A program made the position numbers and the translations under genes. From the NCBI RefSeq assembly GCF_009914755.1, contig NC_060937.1: 64,000 nucleotides of DNA; one strand, given 5' to 3'. Below the pieces are notes generated by a model. It was not told where the DNA came from and searched no databases. It worked only from the letters and a program-made list of their open reading frames with translations. Source of the DNA: the human T2T-CHM13v2.0 reference genome, Homo sapiens. Of this stretch, positions 56,700-64,000 are shown piece by piece. The number at the start of each line of letters is the position of its first letter. Position 1 is the stretch's first letter.

Positions 56700-58200
56700 A
56701 CATATAATTATAAATTAGAAAATACTCAGAACTGAAATATTTGAAAATATGATATCAAGTATATGATATAAAAAATATATCAAAACATAATACCACATAT
56801 GAACATTTGTGGGTAGCAAAGCAGTAATGTAAGTTTTCACTTTAAATGTTATTTTAGAATAGAAATTGATGAATTACATGGACAACATAAGAAAGCAGAA
56901 AAAATACAGCTGAAAAAAAAGAAAAAAAGAGAAGAGACAAAAGGCCTAAAATTACAGAGAAAATATTTAATGCCTTAGAGAGAAACACAAAATCAATAGC
57001 TTATTCTTTGAAAAGCTAATAAAATAGACAAATCTTTGGTAAGATTTCTCAAGGGAAAGAAACAACAATATTAGAAATAAAATGGGAGGGCATATCTGCA
57101 GATGTAGCCTAAATAGAAAGCAATAAGAAAATACTATCAATAATTTTGTGCTAATAAATCTGCATACTTGAGGGAATGTATAATTTTCTAGAAAAAAATA
57201 ACTTATCAAAACTGACTCTTGAATATAATACACCTGAATAGTAACCTCTTAACACACATTTATATACATATAAATCCCAAGCACTGCTCAGACTATTTCA
57301 CAAATTCTACCAAACATTCACGAATCAGATCATTCCTGTCATCTCCAACTGCTCTGGGAACACTAAAAGAGAGAAAGCTCCCTAATCCTTTGTTATATAT
57401 TCATGTAAAGCTTGATCCCTAAATCAGAAAAGTATAACATGAGACAGGAAAATTATACATCCATCTCCTTTGTCCTCATAAATATAAACTTCCTTTTAGA
57501 CAGAGTAAGCAAAACCTAACAATGCATTTATTTAAATACATTTACCACATTAAGGATTAAAAGAAGAAAAATCATATGATTACTCGAATGGATTCAGAAA
57601 AAAACGGGTAAAATTCAGCAACTTCTGATTTGATAAATACTCTTAGCAAACTAGGAATAAGAGTGATTTCCTTATCTTCATAATGAGTGTCTTTCAGAAA
57701 ACCTATAACGAGCTACACATTACAAGAGAAATTTAAAGCAATCCCTTAAAATATGAAAATACAAGGGAAGAAGATGTCCACTACCCTGACTTAAACTGGA
57801 GTCTCACTCAGTACAAGACAAAAATAAAATAGAAAAATAAAAAGAGGAAAATCTGTCATTATTATTGATGATGATTATAAACATAGAGAATGCAAGAGAA
57901 TCTGCAGAAAACTAGAAAAAATAAGGGCCCTCAGAGAGGTTGTGTGATAACTGATAATTATTCAAAAAGCAATAATTTGCCTCTACACTATCCAAAAAGA
58001 GAAAATGTAATTTTAAAAATGTAATATTAACTACAGCAAAAAATATAACATACTTGAGAATAAATCTAACAGTGCGCAAGAACTTTTTAGAAAGAAATAT
58101 TAAAATATTGACAGATATTAAAGAGGCTCTGACTACATGGAAAGACATTACTGTATCCAGAGGTAAGAGGAATCAATAATAAAATGATGTCAATTCTCTC
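56700..58200 (+). mobile_element. Degraded L1M ORF2 fragments
   Basis: A-rich. TTCTTTGAAAAGCTAATAAAATAGACAAA, AAAAATCATATGAT, CTCTTAGCAAACTAGGAATA and GAATAAATCTAACA. Confidence 0.8.
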
Positions 58201-61049
58201 ATAATGCAGGCACAACATTATGCAAAGCATGACCCGTGATATGATTCATTACATTACAGTGCACCAAACACTTAGACATTGTTCTATTTTATATTTAAAA
58301 TAATATAAATAATAGCCAAGTTAAGTTGTGTTTGTTTTTAGTTACCAAAAAATTGAGGGCCTTTTTTTCCTCACTAATTGATGCTGCTAGTGACATCATT
58401 TCACAAACATTGACAATATGATGTATAGCCTGAAGATAATATGCAATATTTTTAGGAAGTTTTCATTGGGGGATTTTTTTTTTGAGGCAGGGAAGAGTAT
58501 TATTGTTCAAATAGCATTATAAAGCATTCTTTCCTTTCACTCATTCTCCTACTCTAATCTGTTTGTTGAGTGCTCACTGTGCCTCTGCTCTCAGTGAGGC
58601 AGAAAAAACACGTTTTATTTTGCTATGTTGCATAGTCACTAAAGTTTATTCACTAAAATGAATAAAGTGAATAAAGCTTATTCACTAAAGTCACTAAAGA
58701 TTATTCACTCCTCTACATGAGGCTGGATTTCTACCTGGTAAGGAGCAGAAGAGGTGCTAGCCAAGCATGGTCCATCTTAGCCTCAACTCCATTAGTCTAG
58801 AGAACCCTGACCCATTCCCGAAGCTTCACAAAGAAAGCCATGGCTCAAGGCTAAGATGACAACAAGGCATAGGCAGGTTTCCTTGACTGCTGGAATCGAG
58901 CTTTTCTGCTTGGCACATAGACATAGCTGAGAAGCAGTACTCTTGCACAGAATTGGAACTTGTCTCCTTGTTAGATAGGCCCATAACTAGTGCTGTTAAT
59001 TGGCTGTGGCAACAACAGACTTGGGATCTTAGAATCCAACACTAGAGAGTGTTGTGAGCATTTTACTCTGTCTCATTGAAGCCTCTGTCTTCTACTTCTA
59101 AACATTTTTTGTCCTTTTCTTCCTCCGTTAACTTCCCTTTTCCCCTCATTCTCATCTGTGTAGTCTCTTTCCTGTCATTTTCACTCTATTTTATTATTTT
59201 CTTTTTTTCTCACTTCTCTCTCCTTCTTATCCTTATGTACTCTTTTTCTCTACTTCCTCGCCCACCCCATATACCCCAGTTTCTGGGTGTATTCCCCTGC
59301 CTCCACCAATTTCCCTAGGTTCTCCCTCTCTCTGACTCTATTCCATAGTCTTCTAATATTCATTCTTCTAAAACTTTTCTATTGATCATCTCATGGCAAC
59401 ATGTAGGCCATCACTCTAACAAAAAGAAATAGCAACATTCCCAGTGTGGCAGATGCATGTTAATAGAACAGAAACATTATCCAGATGAAGAGTCTGTGCC
59501 CCATTTACCTCCAAGCCTCCTCTTCTCTTGGCAAATGTGTTTCTTTATTTTCTTTTTTTGTGTAGGCAGAAAACATTTTGGATAATACCCCAGAGATTAT
59601 TTATCATGAATTAGCCCAATTCAGTTTTTACTGCTGTGTTTTTTATTGTCTTATAGTTAAATATTGGCTTAGCCATGAATCCAGAAACTCTCACTGGAGC
59701 TCTATATCCAAGTTACTTTATCAATAAGACTATTACACAAATAACTGAATATTCATATGTGCTTATGAAAATCAGAATTACTTACGTGAGCCTCAAGAAA
59801 TTTAAAAAATGATTAATCTATTGATTTCAGAGGGAAACAACGTCCAGGCTGATCAATTTGGAGAATCATTTTCATCTTTGTGTCCTTAGTACCTACCATG
59901 GTTCTTCGCACCTAATGGAATTTCAGTAAGTGCTTGTTAGAGTGAATATTGGTTTTCATCCAATGTATCCTCCTGGGATCCCTAAATACATAACCAAAGG
60001 GGTTTCATATGACTACATATTTTACACTTCTATAACAAGAAACAAAATTTGCATGTAAAAGATTAACATGACTGAATTATTTCTTGGTATTTGCAAGGCA
60101 CTTGACAGTTTTTATGAACTGGCTATTCATCTTGAAAGCTCTACGGAAAAGGGATCTTTAGAAATTTACCGATGCAAAACCCAAGGAAGAAAAATGTGCA
60201 TCGATCCTAACAAGGAACAGTTTTCCCCGGAGTTTAAAACAGATATGGGAGTTTAAAACGTAGGGAAAATCATCCATTGCGACATAGAATACAAACCTAG
60301 CTTTTCTAAGAAAGAGTATGAACAAATGGTATGAGGAGGAAAAAAAAAAAACGTACTGAAGTAAACTCAAGTGACCTCAAGAGGTCTTTGGGTTTCACAG
60401 TTCACTTGGCCACCCAGCTTTCTCCCAGTTTTCCTCTAGAAACCCAAAGACTTAGCAACTTAATAGCGAAGCCCAGTGCCAGATTACCCGGTGGACACTG
60501 TTAACCCATGTTGGCAGCACCGGCAAATCAGAAACACAAAAATTATTTGTTAAAAAGTGATATTTCAAAAAGAATTTTAAAATAGGCACCCCAGAAATCA
60601 AAATCCTCTTAGTCACCTTTTTCTCTTATAGTTTAGAAATTTTTTTAAATTCTGAATTATAGATAGCAGGGTTTGAGGAAGCCTCACTAGGTGATGATAT
60701 AGGGTCTCTAAAAGACCAACCCAGGCAGGATTTAGTTATAAAGTTTGGCAATTTGCTTGATTCTTGGCTAAAGTTTTTACACCTTTTGAGTAATCATACA
60801 CATAGGCAAAAATAATAACTCTATAAAGAGAGCAATCAAAACAGCCATAAGTATTCATCTAACCCATATTGAATACCACACATAATCATTACAGCACAGT
60901 TAAAAGTATTTCGTGCTCATAATGATGCTCAGGACTATTTCTGACCCTTAGCTCTCTCCTCCCCACCCTGCCACTATCAAGCTAAGACTGGAGGTTTGTT
61001 AGCTAATGCTTATCTGAGTTTCTCACTGGACCAAGATGGTAAGGAGGAA

Positions 61050-61295
61050 GGGAGCAGCACAGAGTCAGGAAGAACAGTGGACTTAGGTGTGAGACAGATC
61101 TCACTTTAAGTCCTGGCTCTCTTATTAGCTGTGTAATCCTAGGGAAGTTTCTTAAAGCCCCTGATCTTAAAATAGAGACAGTAATACCAACCTCATAGAA
61201 TTGGTGGGAAGATTAAAGAGATAAAATATGTGAAGACCTAGAAAATATGGGAAAGCTGCCTCAGTACAATAAGTAGGTATTCAATCAATGGTAGC
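61050..61295 (+). mobile_element. MIR
   Basis: AAGTCCTGGCTCTCTTATTAGCTGTGTAATCCTAGGGAAGTTTCTTAA...AATACCAACCTCATAG. Confidence 0.8.
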
Positions 61296-61337
61296 TGCTG
61301 CCACACAGTCATTACAGCTCAGTTTCCTAGATCAGAA

Positions 61338-61410
61338 ATTATTCATTTATTCATTTAATACCTATTGTGCACATATCATTAGCCAAGTACTCTGTTAGGT
61401 GCTGAAATGG
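61338..61410 (-). mobile_element. L2 3' tail fragment
   Basis: ATTCATTTATTCATTTAA..TATTGTGCAC..GCCAAGTACTCTGTTAGGTGCTG. Confidence 0.6.
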
Positions 61411-62163
61411 GTTATAGATTTTTCCTGATGTGGGGGAAAAGGTGATATGGAAACTGGAATTGAGAAAAAGATATGTAATGTAATAGGAAGTTGCTCTGAG
61501 TTCCTTGACAGAGAAGGCTAGATATTCCTGCTTCTCTAGTCTTAGCTTGATAGTGGCAGGGTGAGGAGGAGAGAGCTAAGGGTCAGAAATGGTCATGAGC
61601 ATATGAAAAAGATCAAAGGGTCTGTAAAGTTGATGAACCTATGACAAGGCAGAGTTAAAAGAGGTATTTCTATTTCATGCACAGTTTCTCTATTTTGAAC
61701 TTCTCTCACAAGGAGTTTGCTCTATTCATTTACATGCTAAAACCTGGCCTTTACTAAGGTTGTTTGGACCTCATCTCCAAACAAAATGTGTTGGGGAGAG
61801 AAATCAAAGTAGTTCTCGCCTCTCCCTACAGCAGAGGAGAGTCTGCAAGTTTTATTTTTTCCCTCCTCTGTCCCTATTATGAGATAATTCTACTCAAAAG
61901 AGAACAGTCCAGTTGAAATCAAGAAGTATATGCCTACCTGTAATATAGCCAGAAATATGACCCATTGAAGTTTTTTTTAACATTTGTAATCAAATGCCAC
62001 AAGAAACTATAGACTGTGCCAGCTATTACAACCTTACTGTGAATGTGTTTATTTCTCTACTGTCTCCATAATTCTTAGCCAATATTTGAGGGAATGAAAG
62101 TTTTTCCAGAGATGATAGGCTTTAATTCTCCCATGAGAAACCTGAAAGCTCTAGTTATCTCAG

Positions 62164-62663
62164 TGTGGAAGGTGGAATAATGGCCCTCAAATATATCCAC
62201 ATCCTTATCCTTGGAAACTGTGAATATGTTAGCTTACATGATAAGAGTGATTTTGCAATGTGATTAAATTAAAGATCTTGAAGTGATGAGATGATCCTGG
62301 ATTATGCAGGAGGGCTCAGTCTAATCACTTGAGTCTTAAAAACTGAAGAACTTTTCTTAGCTGTGATAAAAGGAAGAGATTCGACTATGGAAGGAGGGTC
62401 AAGGAGATACTAGACTGCTGGCCTTGAACATGGAGGAAGGGAGCCATGAGCCAAGGAACAGGTGGAGCCTCTAAAAGCTGGAAAAGGTGAAGAAACAGAT
62501 TCTCCCCTAGAGCCTCCAGAATGGCTGCAGCTATGTCAACACCTTGATTCTACCCCAGTAAGACCTGCATTGGAATTCTGGAACTGTGAAGTAATACATT
62601 TGTGTTATTTTAAGCCAATAAATTTATGGTAAATTGTTAGAGTAGCAATAGAAAACTAAGTCA
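62164..62663 (+). mobile_element. MLT1D MaLR solo LTR
   Basis: TGTGG..GAATAATGGCCC..TGTGAATATGTTA..GGAGCCATGAGCCAAGGAA..GATTCTCCCCTAGAGCCTCCAGAA..GCAATAGAAAACTAA, about 500 bp. Confidence 0.9.
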
Positions 62664-64000
62664 CAGCAGGGCAAGAAAGTGAGAACTTTAGGTAAGGAGG
62701 GAGGAAAGAAATTCAAGGCAGACCAGTGGGAAGGTGAGAGGAGACAACCTCCGTCCCTCGTCCAGAGACTGTACAGTAAAACACCATGCTGCTGCTATGG
62801 ACAAAATTAGAAGCCGGGTATTAAAATATAATAAGTCATGGTCACATGCTTGCTTACTTTGAAAAAACTTGATATTGCATTCCAGGGCATTTCTTCGCTA
62901 AAGATCTCTCTTCTTAATGTATATCACTATTTCTGTTTTATTACTTTCCTAGAACTTCTCATGAGGTATCACCATTTTAATTCTCTTCTGGATTATTTTT
63001 AATACGTTCTTTTATATTAGAATATAAGCTCCCTTATTCTGCATTAGACTGTAAGGTCCAAGACTCAAAGGACTATGTGTGTCCCTTCATCACTGTATTT
63101 CTAATACAGCAGAAGGAATGGGGCAGAAGACTGACTTCACATCTGTCTTCTGAGCCTGCTGTCTGGACACTCCAGGCGGCTACTGTCCTCTTAGCCCACG
63201 CAGACTACCATGGTAGTCTAAGGAAGATGGGTGTGGACAAAAAAGGAAGTTTGTCCTTAAGTAGTTCATGATCAAGAAATTGATTTAGTTACGGCAGCTA
63301 AATCATTTATTAAAGTTCATTTTGTTTTATTCTTTGGGCTAACCTTAGTTTTCAGATATGTGTACCACCAAGTGTTAACTTTTAATATGACTGTGGAACA
63401 ATTTTGAGAATCAAAAAACCAAAGTAGTCACCATACAAGGGTAAGACTATATCTGGTTTTATTCAGTGAATCAACTTGATATACAAAGTTCTTGAAAATT
63501 TTAAGGAAATTGATCCTAAGGGGAACACGAAGGCCAGTAGATTGGACTAGCCAAAGGTCATACATAAAAAGACTGGGTGGAGTTGGAAAACAATCTAGGA
63601 CTCATGATTTTTAGTTTAGAAGTTTTTTTTTTTTTTTGCCTTGATTTCCTTAAGCATCTTCTTTCCCAGCAGGCCCATTTGAAAGTGGGCGTGACCCAGA
63701 TAAATCCTATTTTTTCCAACCCTCTCCATCGACTCCTCCAAAAAATATGTCTATATTCATGAAATCAGGTGAAAATATTTGTGCGCCTCAGTTCTTATAA
63801 TCACCACTTAGTCAAGTGGAGAGGTGGGAAGAGGTCCTTCCTCATTTGCTGCCCATCCCAGCAACCTGGAGCACGTGCCAGAAGGCACCGCCCAGTGTTG
63901 CCCAAGAGGCCCATGTTTAGTCCTTTAAAAGATGCCCAAGAGTCAGATCCACCCACAGGAACTAGGTTTATTGCCCTTTCCTTCTTCATCTCTTCTCTCC

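Larger units (their letters stand above)
60925..61602. repeat. 69-bp inverted repeat (arms 60925-60993 and 61534-61602, 540-bp spacer)
   Basis: Manual alignment of arm 1 to the reverse complement of arm 2 gives 65/69 identity with no gaps. Confidence 0.92.

Noticed and set aside
63202-63219. Perfect 18-bp palindrome AGACTACCATGGTAGTCT
   Set aside because: About 0.25 such palindromes are expected by chance in 64 kb (64000/4^9), and there is no supporting context.

Overview
Primate (most likely human) AT-rich non-coding DNA, intronic or intergenic. I recognise no protein-coding exon, RNA gene, CpG island or CRISPR array. The listed ORFs are short chance or repeat-derived frames. Much of the window is interspersed repeat: 17 Alu/FLAM copies (J and S types), MaLR solo LTRs (3 THE1, MST, MLT1A, MLT1D), two adjacent MER41 LTRs, L1PA/MA/MC/ME fragments, L2, MIR and DNA-transposon fossils (MER2, MER5A/B, MER45A, MER58A, MER96B, MER102). 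Many still have readable target-site duplications. The most unusual structure not explained by transposons is a set of locally templated inverted or direct duplications: a 69-bp, 94%-identical inverted repeat (60925-60993/61534-61602), an inverted 38-bp copy inserted in an L1 (36065-36102/36794-36831), and four patchwork scars (727-832, 9554-9615, 21996-22115, 58634-58709). Subfamily names come from remembered consensus sequences, and old-repeat boundaries are approximate. I cannot name the locus or claim a new biological system.
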